A stretch of 64,000 bases of DNA from an uncultured Gammaproteobacteria bacterium (lineage in GTDB: Bacteria; Patescibacteriota; Patescibacteriia; Magasanikbacterales; GWA2-37-8): assembly GCA_964596525.1 (NCBI GenBank), contig CAZQUL010000001.1:951723-1015722 (forward strand), given 5' to 3'. Position numbers and translations under genes: made by a program. The notes beneath the pieces were generated by a model. It did not search any database. It worked only from the letters and a program-made list of their open reading frames with translations, and was not told the DNA's origin. Shown here one piece after another: positions 49,629 through 59,703 of the stretch (the first letter of the stretch is position 1; every line of letters starts with the position of its first letter).

Positions 49629-50651
49629 ATGCCTCGTCATTGCAGTGCTAAAGAGGCGGCTCGCATCCTTAAAGAAGGGGGAGTCGTGGTATTTCCTACC
49701 GAAACCGTATATGGACTTGGCGCCGTAGCCACGCTCCCGGCGGCAGTTGATAAAGTATTTACGGTCAAGCGCCGTCCGCGCGATAATCCCCTTATTTGCC
49801 ATTTTTCGTCCATCGAAGACGTGATGCGGTGGAATATTTCTATCCCACCATCTGCGCGCGAGCTTATGACTGCATGGTGGCCTGGACCGGTTAGTTTTCT
49901 TCTGGATCTTCCGGCCGGTTCACCTCTTACGCCTGCAACACTTGGTCGGCCAAGCGTTATTTGTCGCGTTCCCGACCATCCGGTGGCGCTTGAACTTATC
50001 CGCGAAGTCGGCACGCCGATTGCGGCCCCTTCGGCCAACACATCCGGCCGCGTGAGCGGGACAGAGCTGGCCATGATCGAGGCGGACTTGGGAGAAGCAG
50101 TCGATGGTTATGTAGATGGGGGCCCTTCGGTCGTCGGTCTGGAGTCTGCGATCATTGATGCGCGATTACCAGGTGAGGTGGTGATATTGCGACCGGGCGT
50201 TATTGGCCGTGATGAGATTATTGCCACGCTCAAACATTCGGTGGAGGAGGGTCGTTTGGCAGCTCTACCTGCAGTCTCCTACGCTACGGGCGAGGGACGC
50301 GAAACAACGCCTGGTAGCCGGTATCCGCACTATGCCCCGCGCACGCCGCTTGCCTATTGGGATGCCGAGGTATTGCCATCAGGCCCTGCTGCTTTTTTGG
50401 GGACGAGCGAAGCTTTGACCCGCTACGGATTACCGGTATCGACCCATCCGATCGCGCATGAGGGGCGCTGGGTTGTGAATATCGGAAGTAGGCGTGATCT
50501 AAGAGATGTTGCCCGTCTTTTATATTACCGTTTGTACCAGCTTGACTCGTTGGGCGTAGAAAGAGCTTATCTGGTGCGAGAAGATTGGGGTGAGAGCAGT
50601 GCCGCCATCGCTTTGCGCAATCGCTTGGGGAAAATTATCCCGGCCACCTAA
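49629..50651 (+). CDS. tsaC: L-threonylcarbamoyladenylate synthase (Sua5/TsaC)
   Basis: FPTETVYGLG, K.RP.DNPLI, WPGP, APSAN.SG, PG..Y.HYAP motifs. Confidence 0.93.
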   Translation: MPRHCSAKEAARILKEGGVVVFPTETVYGLGAVATLPAAVDKVFTVKRRPRDNPLICHFSSIEDVMRWNISIPPSARELMTAWWPGPVSFLLDLPAGSPLTPATLGRPSVICRVPDHPVALELIREVGTPIAAPSANTSGRVSGTELAMIEADLGEAVDGYVDGGPSVVGLESAIIDARLPGEVVILRPGVIGRDEIIATLKHSVEEGRLAALPAVSYATGEGRETTPGSRYPHYAPRTPLAYWDAEVLPSGPAAFLGTSEALTRYGLPVSTHPIAHEGRWVVNIGSRRDLRDVARLLYYRLYQLDSLGVERAYLVREDWGESSAAIALRNRLGKIIPAT

Positions 50652-50722
50652 CCGCCTATCTTGTTTCGAATCTAAAAACTAAGTACACTACCGCAGTACG
50701 TATTTACTTTTATTTTCTTCGT

Positions 50723-51397
50723 ATGAACGTAAAAATCGCTGCCGTTGCTCTCGTTATTTCCAGTGCGCTGGTTGGAGCTGGCTGCCGCTCGACCGTGCCT
50801 AGTACAATCTCTCCCGCGCCCACCTCAACCGGGAGCGTTACGTCGAGTGCGCAGGTTTGGAAGTGGGAGAAAGCCACCTATGATGTAGATGTGACAAACA
50901 GCGTGATGCTGTGGAAAGGGGAGAAAATCACCGGTTCTGCGCATAGCGGTACTATTAAAATAAAAGAAGGTTCGTTTACTGTTCGCGAAGAGGGTGATAC
51001 CCCGGATGTGGCTGGTAAAATGGTGATCGACATGACGAGTCTCGTTTCTGATGAGAAGCTTCCCCAGCTTGAAACCCATCTTAAGGCCGATGACTTTTTC
51101 GGTGTGAAAACCCATCCGACGGCACAATTCGATACGAGCTTTTTCGCGGTGACTGGTGATAGTGCTGGAACCTTGAGCGGCACCCTGACTCTTAAGGGCA
51201 CGGGCAAGTCCATTACCTTTCCGATCACCTGGGAGCGCGTTGCAGAAAATCGTGTGAAGGTGCGTGGTACGACCATGATCGATCGTACCGAATGGGGTGT
51301 CAAATACGGTTCCGGTAAATTTTTCTCTAACCTCGGTGATAACCTCATCAAAGATACTATTTCGCTCAGCTTCGATGTCGAACTCATCAAGAAATAA
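50723..51397 (+). CDS. YceI-family lipoprotein
   Basis: LVGAG-C, HLKADDFF...PTA.F, G.LTLKG, IDRTEWGV motifs. Confidence 0.9.
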   Translation: MNVKIAAVALVISSALVGAGCRSTVPSTISPAPTSTGSVTSSAQVWKWEKATYDVDVTNSVMLWKGEKITGSAHSGTIKIKEGSFTVREEGDTPDVAGKMVIDMTSLVSDEKLPQLETHLKADDFFGVKTHPTAQFDTSFFAVTGDSAGTLSGTLTLKGTGKSITFPITWERVAENRVKVRGTTMIDRTEWGVKYGSGKFFSNLGDNLIKDTISLSFDVELIKK

Positions 51398-51457
51398 GGT
51401 ATACAACCGTTTTCTGTAACGGTTCACGCTCTTTAATTCATCATAACCTGCGGCATT

Positions 51458-52024
51458 ATGAAGCACGGTGCATATTTTAGCAGTTTGGCTGCTTTGGTTT
51501 TATCCCTGCTGGCCTTGCCCGTAGAGGCGGCGCTCGTGACCGCTCCCACAGGGACAGCACGCACGACATCTTCGCCTGTGCAGATGCCCACGACGACGGT
51601 CGTAACTTCTACCCCTACCCCTCGTTCGGCCTCATCGAGCGTGCCTTTATCCACGGATTTCATTGTTACGGTAGAAGACATTGTGCGGGGCGGTTATATC
51701 GCCCCGGTGCGCATCACCTCTACGCCCAGGCAGTACCTCGAACCGGTCCGGTATTTTCGCGTAAAGGATGCGATGGCCACGTCTACGCCGGGATGCGGAT
51801 CTTGCAGTATCGTTGCTGTCTACGTAACGCGCCACCTGATCACCTCAACGCCTGAGTGGGCAGCAACCATGAATCCGCGCGTTACCGTGTTTGATGATGA
51901 CCGTCGCAGCGTGGCCTGGTTTGCCGGGAATCGCATCATCTACGTTATTGGTCCGGGCGCAGAAAAACCCCGCCGCTTGGCAGAGTGGCTCCGTCAGCGC
52001 GTGATACTCAACAAGACCTTTTAA
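51458..52024 (+). CDS. Secreted hypothetical protein
   Basis: Signal peptide, Thr/Ser-rich linker, CxxC. Confidence 0.6.
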   Translation: MKHGAYFSSLAALVLSLLALPVEAALVTAPTGTARTTSSPVQMPTTTVVTSTPTPRSASSSVPLSTDFIVTVEDIVRGGYIAPVRITSTPRQYLEPVRYFRVKDAMATSTPGCGSCSIVAVYVTRHLITSTPEWAATMNPRVTVFDDDRRSVAWFAGNRIIYVIGPGAEKPRRLAEWLRQRVILNKTF

Positions 52025-52044
52025 AGGTCTCTAAGATCCGTCGT

Positions 52045-54423
52045 ATGAATCTACCTGGTTCCCATTTTCCCACCATCATGGTCATTTTTGGCGCAACCGG
52101 TGATTTGATGACCAAAAAGATCGCGCCTGCTTTGCTGGAACTTTTTGTTGCTGACCGGCTGCCGAAACTCTTTACCGTTATCGGGGTGTCGCGCCGCAGT
52201 TGGAGTAATGAAGATTTTCAGGCGCATGTGCGTACCATCGTCAGCGCGGCCGCTGAAAACCTCAGGCTTGATGATAATCGGTTGGAGCGGTTTCTCAGGA
52301 TATTCCGTTTCGAGTCCGTGCATTTCGATCGCCCTGCCGATTATACTATGCTCGCCGAACATCTTGGTGCGATTGATGGCGAATGGAAAACGTGTGCCAA
52401 TAAATTATTCTATCTTGCAGTCGCTCCGGATTTCTACAAAACCATTATCCAGGAGCTGCATCGTTCGCATCTTACCGATCCGTGCAATCCTGAAGAAGGT
52501 TGGACACGCGTTATTGTAGAAAAACCTTTCGGCAAAGACCTTAAAAGTGCGGAAGAACTGGAATTGCTTCTTGCCAAGCTCTTTAAAGAAGAGCAGATTT
52601 ACCGCATCGACCATTATCTGGCCAAGGAAATGATCCAGAATATCCTTACCTTCCGTTTTTCCAATGATCTGTTCGAGAATAGCTGGAACCGCGATACTAT
52701 CGAGCGCATCGAATTCCGCGTGTGGGAGACGCTCGGCGTGGAAGAGCGCGGTGCGTTTTACGACGGCGTGGGAGCGCTTCGTGATGTGGGGCAGAACCAT
52801 CTTCTGCAAATGCTGGCCTTTGCCACCATGAACGAGCCGGACAGACTTGATGCCCGTGGGATCCGCCAGAGCCGTTCTGAGATGCTCGCCACTCTGCGCC
52901 CGATCGACAAGAAAGACATGGCGCGTCAGACGTTTCGGGCCCAGTACGATGGCTACAAAACCATCAAAGATGTTGATCCGAATTCTTCTACCGAAACCTA
53001 CTTCAAGATTCTGTGTTATCTTGATCATCCGCGCTGGCAGGGCGTACCGTTTATGCTCGAAAGCGGTAAGCGGATGGGCAAGCGCCAGAAAGAAATCATC
53101 GTGCATTTCAAGCATGTTGAACCATGTTTTTGCCCGACCGAAGGGCCTCACCTCGAGAACCGGGTGCTCTTTCATATGGAGCCGGAAGAAGGCATTAGTA
53201 TTGAGTTTTGGTCCAAAAAACCCGGGCTTGAAGTAGAGCTTGAAAAACGTTCGTTTGACTTTACGCTGCGGCGAGAAGCGCATAAAAAGCAATATGTAGA
53301 AGAATATAAGAAACTTCTTTTGGATTGTATTTTGGGCGACCAGACCTTGTTCGTAAGTACCGAAGAAATGCGTGCTATGTGGAATTTCGTCGATCCGATC
53401 GTGCGCGCGTGGGAGAAGAATGCGGTGCCGCTCGCCACGTACATGCCGGACAACCCTGGTGACGCGATAACATTTAATCCAGTACCCGAGAAGGATACGC
53501 TTAAGCCATCGCTTAAGAAAGAGATCGGACTTGTGGGACTCGGCAAAATGGGGGCCAATTTGGCCCGCCGTTTACATGACAAAGGCTGGCGCGTGGTGGC
53601 CTATAACCGTACCTATGAAGTTGCAGAGGAGCTTGAACGCGAGGGTGTAGTGGAGGCAGTACGAACGCTTAGTGAGTTCAAAGATAAGCTGGCACCGGAG
53701 CGCGTAGTATGGGTAATGGTTCCTTCGGGTGCGGCGGTTGATGAGATGTTTTTTGGTAAAGAAGGATTAGCGCATGTATTGGAAAAGGGCGATGTGGTAA
53801 TCGACGGCGGTAATTCGTTCTATAAAGACGATGCGCCGCGCGCCAAAAAATTGGCCAAAAAAGGCATTCGTTTCATGGATGTCGGCACATCTGGCGGTCC
53901 ATCCGGAGCACGTCATGGTGCATGTCTCATGATCGGTGGCGACGAAAAGACGTTCACCAAGCTCGAGCCGCTTTTCCAAGATATCGCGCTCAACGAGGGG
54001 TACCAATTCTTCCCGGGTGCCGGAGCCGGTCATTTCGTAAAGATGGTTCACAATGGCATTGAATACGGTATGATGCAGGCTATTGCCGAAGGTTTCGGGA
54101 TTCTTAAGAAATCACGCTTTAAGCTCGACGTGGCCAACGTAGCGCGTATTTACAATACGGGAAGCGTTATCGCGTCGCGTTTGGTGGGGTGGGTTATGTC
54201 CGGTTTTAAACGCCATGGAGTTGATCTTAAAAAAGTCAGCTCAACGATTGCGCATACGGGCGAAGGAGCCTGGACGGTTGAGGAGGCGGAGCGTCTGGGG
54301 GTGGATGCACCAATCATCAAAGGTTCGCTTCAGTTTCGTAAGCAGTCGGCCAAAAAGCCGAGTTTTACCGCTAAGGTTGTGGCAATGCTGCGCGGCGAAT
54401 TTGGCGGGCATAGTACTAAGTAG
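52045..54423 (+). CDS. zwf-gnd: Fused glucose-6-phosphate dehydrogenase / 6-phosphogluconate dehydrogenase
   Basis: GATGDL, EKPFG, RIDHYLAK, QNHLLQ, then GLGKMG, IDGGN, SGG, KMVHNGIEYG in one frame. Confidence 0.92.
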   Translation: MNLPGSHFPTIMVIFGATGDLMTKKIAPALLELFVADRLPKLFTVIGVSRRSWSNEDFQAHVRTIVSAAAENLRLDDNRLERFLRIFRFESVHFDRPADYTMLAEHLGAIDGEWKTCANKLFYLAVAPDFYKTIIQELHRSHLTDPCNPEEGWTRVIVEKPFGKDLKSAEELELLLAKLFKEEQIYRIDHYLAKEMIQNILTFRFSNDLFENSWNRDTIERIEFRVWETLGVEERGAFYDGVGALRDVGQNHLLQMLAFATMNEPDRLDARGIRQSRSEMLATLRPIDKKDMARQTFRAQYDGYKTIKDVDPNSSTETYFKILCYLDHPRWQGVPFMLESGKRMGKRQKEIIVHFKHVEPCFCPTEGPHLENRVLFHMEPEEGISIEFWSKKPGLEVELEKRSFDFTLRREAHKKQYVEEYKKLLLDCILGDQTLFVSTEEMRAMWNFVDPIVRAWEKNAVPLATYMPDNPGDAITFNPVPEKDTLKPSLKKEIGLVGLGKMGANLARRLHDKGWRVVAYNRTYEVAEELEREGVVEAVRTLSEFKDKLAPERVVWVMVPSGAAVDEMFFGKEGLAHVLEKGDVVIDGGNSFYKDDAPRAKKLAKKGIRFMDVGTSGGPSGARHGACLMIGGDEKTFTKLEPLFQDIALNEGYQFFPGAGAGHFVKMVHNGIEYGMMQAIAEGFGILKKSRFKLDVANVARIYNTGSVIASRLVGWVMSGFKRHGVDLKKVSSTIAHTGEGAWTVEEAERLGVDAPIIKGSLQFRKQSAKKPSFTAKVVAMLRGEFGGHSTK

Positions 54424-54453
54424 CTTCCGATTTCAAAATTAAAGCCGCTCCGG

Positions 54454-55143
54454 TTAGGGAGCGGTTTTGGTTTGAAGAAGCTGTTTTAGGTCGTCGCTTG
54501 AAGTGCGCCAGGTTGTTCCGTCGAACCATTCCAAGCCCGCGAATTGCAGTTTATATGTATCGGTAGGTCGTTGCGCAGAGCCGAGGTATACGTATTTTTT
54601 ACCTTCTTGCTTGGCGCGCGCGATGGCTTTAAGCATCATACCAAGACCTAAGTTAGCTGGTAGCTCGTAGGATGTAGCTTGTAGAACGTAGAAAGGATAA
54701 CAGTAGTGGAGCATTTCATCTGTCTCAAGAGCAATGCAGTAGCCAACGGGTTCACTGTGAGAACCTAATGTGTACACGAGAAGTTGGTTGAACGTGCTTT
54801 TGGTCGGGTCAGTGAGGAGTTCTTTTATTTTGTTGGCGCTGAACGTGCCGTCGCCGAATTTTTCCGTATAAAAATCTTTGGCCATTTTGCCGATCGACCA
54901 GTGGTAGGCGGTGTAGGGGAGTGTGAACGACGTAAGCGCAACTTCTTCGGTTTTGCGTAAGATACGACGGTTTTCACTGGTAGGCTCAAACGTTGCAAGA
55001 TTGATACGGATGCTCCGCGTTTGATCGAAGGAGCCATGGCCGCGGCGCGTGGCCACAAAGCCCTGGTTGTACACATCATTGATAATTTGGGGTGTGAGGT
55101 CGATTAATTCACGGGTAGCCCAGGTAAGATAGGTGTGCGTCAT
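54454..55143 (-). CDS. Arginyl/leucyl-tRNA-protein transferase (ATE/Bpt)-like GNAT-fold protein
   Basis: F.PT..RR.LRK, FY...LG.....I..A...GKKYVYLG and YK..F motifs. Confidence 0.6.
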   Translation of the reverse strand: MTHTYLTWATRELIDLTPQIINDVYNQGFVATRRGHGSFDQTRSIRINLATFEPTSENRRILRKTEEVALTSFTLPYTAYHWSIGKMAKDFYTEKFGDGTFSANKIKELLTDPTKSTFNQLLVYTLGSHSEPVGYCIALETDEMLHYCYPFYVLQATSYELPANLGLGMMLKAIARAKQEGKKYVYLGSAQRPTDTYKLQFAGLEWFDGTTWRTSSDDLKQLLQTKTAP

Positions 55144-55233
55144 ATGAGCATAGAGTACCGGTGTTTGGGGTGCAAAGCAAGATGGAAATTTAAAAGCCCG
55201 GGCGCGGGCCGGGGCTTTGAGGTTGTGCGTTCT

Positions 55234-55821
55234 CTAGTTGAACGTGTCGATGGCGGCGCTGGCGACCCGCTGGTTGTCTCGGCACTCGGTGCCGATGAAG
55301 CGGGTCATGAGCGGCGTTGCTTCATACGCCGATCGCAAGAAGCAAATTCCATCCTTGGCCCGCGTTACGGCGAACATGCCGCGTGGGTCGCGCTGGCAGG
55401 CCACGAGGTAGCGCATCACAGCGCACTCGGGGCTTCTCTCACGCTCGCAGGCGGGAGGAAGAGAAATGGGGCTGCCCTTCGGCTCGGTGTGAATGAGCTG
55501 CGGCGGGTTCTCTCCCTTGAGATCGGCTGGTGTAATGCGCGTATAAAGGATATCCTCGCCGTTCTGCGCCTCCACCCAGATTCCCACTTCCAGGTGGTCG
55601 ATCCAGAGCGGCATGCGCACGCTATGACCCCTCTGGAGCCGGCCGATCGTCTTCCCGAGGGTCTCCTGGCTCAGCTCGACAGCCTCGGACTCAGGCAGCG
55701 GGCGCTCCGTCGCCTGGTTGACGGAAGGAATCTCGGGTTTGGCGGGCGCCGCCGTTTTGTGGCAGTCGGCGAAGCAAAAAAGAAGGGCTGAAAGACCGAG
55801 AACGCCAAAACGTGTCTTCAT
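55234..55821 (-). CDS. Hypothetical lipoprotein-like protein
   Basis: Signal with Cys, AGGAGG SD, TTGACA upstream, hairpin downstream. Confidence 0.6.
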   Translation of the reverse strand: MKTRFGVLGLSALLFCFADCHKTAAPAKPEIPSVNQATERPLPESEAVELSQETLGKTIGRLQRGHSVRMPLWIDHLEVGIWVEAQNGEDILYTRITPADLKGENPPQLIHTEPKGSPISLPPACERERSPECAVMRYLVACQRDPRGMFAVTRAKDGICFLRSAYEATPLMTRFIGTECRDNQRVASAAIDTFN

Positions 55822-55896
55822 GGTGGGCCTCCTGTTGGCTAACGTGCTGCGCCTAGCTAAAAGGATTATCGCTCATTTGTCAAGATACTCTTTGGA

Positions 55897-57012
55897 TTAT
55901 GCGAAGGCAATCCACACGGCAACAATGACGAAAAAGACGTGGATAAGCCAAAAGCGCATGACGATTTTCTCTTCGTTCCAGCCGGCAAGTTCAAAGTGGT
56001 GGTGAAGGGGTGCCATGAGAAATACTCGTTTTCCAAGTAGCCGGCGGGCTAACACTTGGATGATAACCGTGATGGTTTCGAGGTAAAAAATGAACCCAAG
56101 CAGTGGCAAAAGAAGTGTGCGATTGAGGGCAATGGCATTGATGGCTAGAAGTGCTCCCAGACCAAGTGAGCCCACATCGCCCATCTGAAAACGCGCCGGT
56201 TTGATGTTGAAGTACGTATAGGCAATGAGCGCGCCGGTTGCCGTGGCGTTGAGTAAGGTGAAGGCTGGCAGATCAGCGGCCCAGCTCAAAAGAGTGAGCG
56301 CGCCGAACGTAGCGGTAAGCGCTCCGCCTGCGAGGCCGTCAAGCCCGTCGGCGATGTTGACCGCGTTGGCCGTAAACATGACAAAAAAGATGATGAGCGG
56401 AATAGTGAGCCAGCCAATGTTAACCTGGCCGTCAAAAGGAATCCAGAGCATCTGCCACTGGCTGCCGAGCTTGAAATACACCCACCAGGCGGTAATGGCA
56501 CCGGCCAAAAATTGAAACAGCAATTTTTCGTGGACCTGTACGCCGCGGCCGGGATGTGAGCCAAAAAAACCCGTGTATTCACGGAATACGGCCCAGGGGA
56601 GCGTGCATATGAGCCAGAACCGTACGTACCACAGCTTGTGGACTTTGATAAGGTTCGTCGTTTGGGCAAGCGAGCGGCGGCGGCGTTTTTGGCCAAAGAT
56701 ATTAAGAAGATCATCAGCGGCGCCGAGCAGTGCGGAGATGCCCATGACGCCAATGGGTACGTAGGTGAATTTGCGCACCCAGTTGAAGCTCATGGTGATG
56801 GCCGTGATGGTGATGATGGCAATAATGCCGCCCATGATGGGCGTGCCAACCTTGCGGGCGCGTTCGCCGCCCTGGAGCGTAAAATCAAACTCGCTCCGGC
56901 GGGTAATGTTAAAACGATAGAGTAGCTTGGTGATGATCGGCGTGAGGATGGTGGCAAGAACGGTTGAGCCGATGACGTAGAAAAGCGCTTGATGAAGAAG
57001 GGGAAGAGACAT
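55897..57012 (-). CDS. mraY: Phospho-N-acetylmuramoyl-pentapeptide transferase
   Basis: K.GTPIMGG, DD, NAVNIADGLDGL, MGDVGS and MAPLHHHFEL motifs. Confidence 0.93.
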   Translation of the reverse strand: MSLPLLHQALFYVIGSTVLATILTPIITKLLYRFNITRRSEFDFTLQGGERARKVGTPIMGGIIAIITITAITMSFNWVRKFTYVPIGVMGISALLGAADDLLNIFGQKRRRRSLAQTTNLIKVHKLWYVRFWLICTLPWAVFREYTGFFGSHPGRGVQVHEKLLFQFLAGAITAWWVYFKLGSQWQMLWIPFDGQVNIGWLTIPLIIFFVMFTANAVNIADGLDGLAGGALTATFGALTLLSWAADLPAFTLLNATATGALIAYTYFNIKPARFQMGDVGSLGLGALLAINAIALNRTLLLPLLGFIFYLETITVIIQVLARRLLGKRVFLMAPLHHHFELAGWNEEKIVMRFWLIHVFFVIVAVWIAFA

Positions 57013-57165
57013 AGTAAAAAATCACCCCTAGTCTAGCATAAAGAGCTATTTTAAGCCAAAAAATATCCACATGTTCATTGCGTGTTGCATTTTTATAAGC
57101 TATGATTTGGGGCTCGCTAGCACATAGCTAGATAGAGCAGTGAAACGCAAAAAAAGGAAGGCTCG

Positions 57166-57996
57166 ATGAAGATGTTCAATTCGGTTGGTTCTTTTGTCCG
57201 TTCCACGGCGTTCGTTCTGGGATTTATCTTTGCTGCAGGGTGTAGGGTTACTCCAGGGCCTGGCGAAGAGGCGGTGCTTATCAAGCAGCCAATCCTGCCC
57301 TTTTTTGAGGAAGGAGTTGTTTCTACGCCGGTTAAGACTGGTCTAACGTGGGTTGCTCCTACCACTAGCTCGGTCGTGGTGAATATGCAGCCCCAGCAGT
57401 ACAGCGTGCATCTCGACGACTTTTTTACGAGCGACGGCGTTCCGGTCGATTTTGATGCCATCATCCGTCTCAGGGTAATCGATTCCGTCAGGCTCGTTCA
57501 GGGTTTCGGCGTTGAGTGGTATAAGCACAACGTTGAAAGCGAGTTCATCACCCGTATCCGACAGGCCGTGCGTAAGCATGGCATGAACGAGGTCGCAATC
57601 GATACGCGCGCCATTGATCAGATCGATCAGGAAATTACCGAAGGCATGACCGGGTACCTCAAAACAGCCGGTTTGCCCGTCGAGCTTATCCAGGTGACGG
57701 TTGGCCGTGCCAATCCGCCGGATGCGGTCAAGTCACAGCGCATCAAGACCGCCGAAGAGCAGCAGCGCGCGCTGACGGAGAATCAACGCAAGCTCGCCGA
57801 AGATCAGCGCCGCAATGCTGAGATGAGCCGGGCAACGGCAGATACCGCGTACCGCACTCAGATGGGTTACTCGCCCGAGCAGTATTTACAGCTCGAAGCC
57901 CTGCGGACCCAACGTCAAGTCTGCGGTCCGGACAAGAGCAACTGTACGTTCGTGGTCGGCGCCTCCATGCCGGGGCTCGTCATCAACCATAAGTAA
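57166..57996 (+). CDS. SPFH/Band-7 domain lipoprotein
   Basis: AAG-C lipobox, PGEEAVL, SDGVPVDFD, ANPP, coiled-coil tail; own promoter and SD. Confidence 0.8.
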   Translation: MKMFNSVGSFVRSTAFVLGFIFAAGCRVTPGPGEEAVLIKQPILPFFEEGVVSTPVKTGLTWVAPTTSSVVVNMQPQQYSVHLDDFFTSDGVPVDFDAIIRLRVIDSVRLVQGFGVEWYKHNVESEFITRIRQAVRKHGMNEVAIDTRAIDQIDQEITEGMTGYLKTAGLPVELIQVTVGRANPPDAVKSQRIKTAEEQQRALTENQRKLAEDQRRNAEMSRATADTAYRTQMGYSPEQYLQLEALRTQRQVCGPDKSNCTFVVGASMPGLVINHK

Positions 57997-58021
57997 ATCC
58001 CGCGTATGCGGGTAAAGCAAA

Positions 58022-58055
58022 AAAACGACCGCTCAAAGTTTTGGGCGGTCATTTT
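58022..58055. terminator. Bidirectional terminator between convergent SPFH genes
   Basis: AAAACGACCGCTCAA..TTGGGCGGTCATTTT. Confidence 0.7.
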
Positions 58056-58073
58056 AATTTCGTAGGTGTAACC

Positions 58074-58865
58074 TTACTTGAGATTGATGAACGGCACCGA
58101 ATCGCCCATGAGGTACGTTGGCAGGATACCGTTCCATTTTTTTACGGCTTCAAGTTCCACCAGACCTTTGTTTTCTTTGAGCGCTTCGGATTGGATGCGG
58201 ATAGCTTCAGCTTCGGCTTTAGCTTGCACTACGCGCTGGTCGGCTTCATATTTGGTTTGTTCGAGTTTGTTCTTGGCAGCGAGCGCTTGCTGTTCGGCGG
58301 TCACTTTGGCTTCGATCGCTTCGTTGAATGATTCTGAGAACGCGAAGTTGATGATGTTCACATCGGTGACGATAATGTAGCGGTTGGTGAGGCGTTCTTT
58401 GAGGTTTTTGCGGATCTCTTCGCGCACAGCTTCGCGTTTGGTGATAAGTTCTTCGGCGGTGTATTTGGCGGTCGCGGCTTTCACTGATTCTTGCACCGCC
58501 GGGCTTAAGATGGTAGTGCGATACGCCAGGCCAATCGTGGAGTAGAGGAGGCTTTCATTACTAGGTTCAAGCTGGTAATTTACCGCGATCGTCGCACGCG
58601 TGTTCTGCAAGTCTTTGCTCGCGGCAGTCGCTTCGGTTTCGAGTTTTTGCACCTGCATGTCGAGGGTAACCACTTTATCGATGAGCGGTGCTTTGAAGCT
58701 CATACCTGGTTCCAAAACACGTTGAATAGTACCGAAGCGGATGATGATCGCTTTTTCGCCTGGTTCGACGACGGTAAATGATCCTAAACCGATGATAAGG
58801 AGGAGAGCAAGGACAACGATGCTCAGGGTAACTTTACCGATTCTTTTAGGGGTGATGGTTTCCAT
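58074..58865 (-). CDS. Prohibitin (SPFH) family protein
   Basis: SKDLQ, YTAEELITKR, AIEAKVTAEQ and KWNG.LP motifs. Confidence 0.9.
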   Translation of the reverse strand: METITPKRIGKVTLSIVVLALLLIIGLGSFTVVEPGEKAIIIRFGTIQRVLEPGMSFKAPLIDKVVTLDMQVQKLETEATAASKDLQNTRATIAVNYQLEPSNESLLYSTIGLAYRTTILSPAVQESVKAATAKYTAEELITKREAVREEIRKNLKERLTNRYIIVTDVNIINFAFSESFNEAIEAKVTAEQQALAAKNKLEQTKYEADQRVVQAKAEAEAIRIQSEALKENKGLVELEAVKKWNGILPTYLMGDSVPFINLK

Positions 58866-58887
58866 ACTAGAGATAAGGAGTAATTGT

Positions 58888-59700
58888 TTAAAAGTTTACA
58901 CGGCGGATTTCAACGATCTCGGCGTCGCGGATTTCATGCCAGGTTTCATTGGCCTCTCCGCTCACGCCGCATTCGCTCCAGCTTTGTTCTTTAAGGTGTT
59001 TTCCGGGCTGAGTGATGGTAATGGTGCCCTCTGCTACGCCGTGGCCATACAGACCTTCGCTCGGCCAAGCACGAGCATGAACATAGTGTATCTGGTCGGC
59101 TTTTACATCAGTAACGAGAATAATGTGGTTGAGGGTGCGCCGCGCTCCGGTTCTAAGAATGGTAATGACATCGCCAGGTTTTACTTCGGCGTAGTTCCAT
59201 CCGGTGGCATCGCTTGCTACTACCTGGGTATTGCGGTCGTTAGCGTACACCGTCACGTCGATATTTTCCACCGGGCGCAGGCGCGTAATGAGGTAGCGGA
59301 TAAAACGACGTTTGGGAACGATAAAGAATTTTTTGACAATATCGATACGGCGCGTTTCCACAAAATGCGCGCGCAACACGTGGGTGACGAAACCAGAGCA
59401 TTCAATGCCAAGACGGTGGTCGATAAGAAAACGGCGCACGGTTTCGGGTGATGCATCGGGCTTTTTTTGGCACAGGCATTGCTCTTCATCCTGATGAAAA
59501 AGATTACCCTTGTACTGGCGGTCAAGGAGCTTGGCTTCAGCTATGATTTCTTCGGGTGTTCCTTTGCCGGCCAAAACCCGGAGTTCACCGCGGCGTTTAC
59601 TGCGAGCGTTGTTGTAATAAGGGCAGCGGATTCCGCGGGTGGTCCCGCACGGTAAGTTAAGATAGAGTTCGATACGGCGTACAGCGCGTTCGGAAAGCAT
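58888..59700 (-). CDS. NlpC/P60-like cysteine hydrolase
   Basis: LGIECSGFV, KPGDVI, HIIL and YVHA motifs. Confidence 0.5.
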   Translation of the reverse strand: MLSERAVRRIELYLNLPCGTTRGIRCPYYNNARSKRRGELRVLAGKGTPEEIIAEAKLLDRQYKGNLFHQDEEQCLCQKKPDASPETVRRFLIDHRLGIECSGFVTHVLRAHFVETRRIDIVKKFFIVPKRRFIRYLITRLRPVENIDVTVYANDRNTQVVASDATGWNYAEVKPGDVITILRTGARRTLNHIILVTDVKADQIHYVHARAWPSEGLYGHGVAEGTITITQPGKHLKEQSWSECGVSGEANETWHEIRDAEIVEIRRVNF

Positions 59701-59703
59701 AGA

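Noticed and set aside
52405-53292. 295-aa antisense ORF and similar long antisense ORFs (23966-24694, 34212-34970, 55135-55791, 58741-59451, 61391-62053, 63401-64000)
   Set aside because: They overlap better-supported genes on the opposite strand and show no recognisable motifs.
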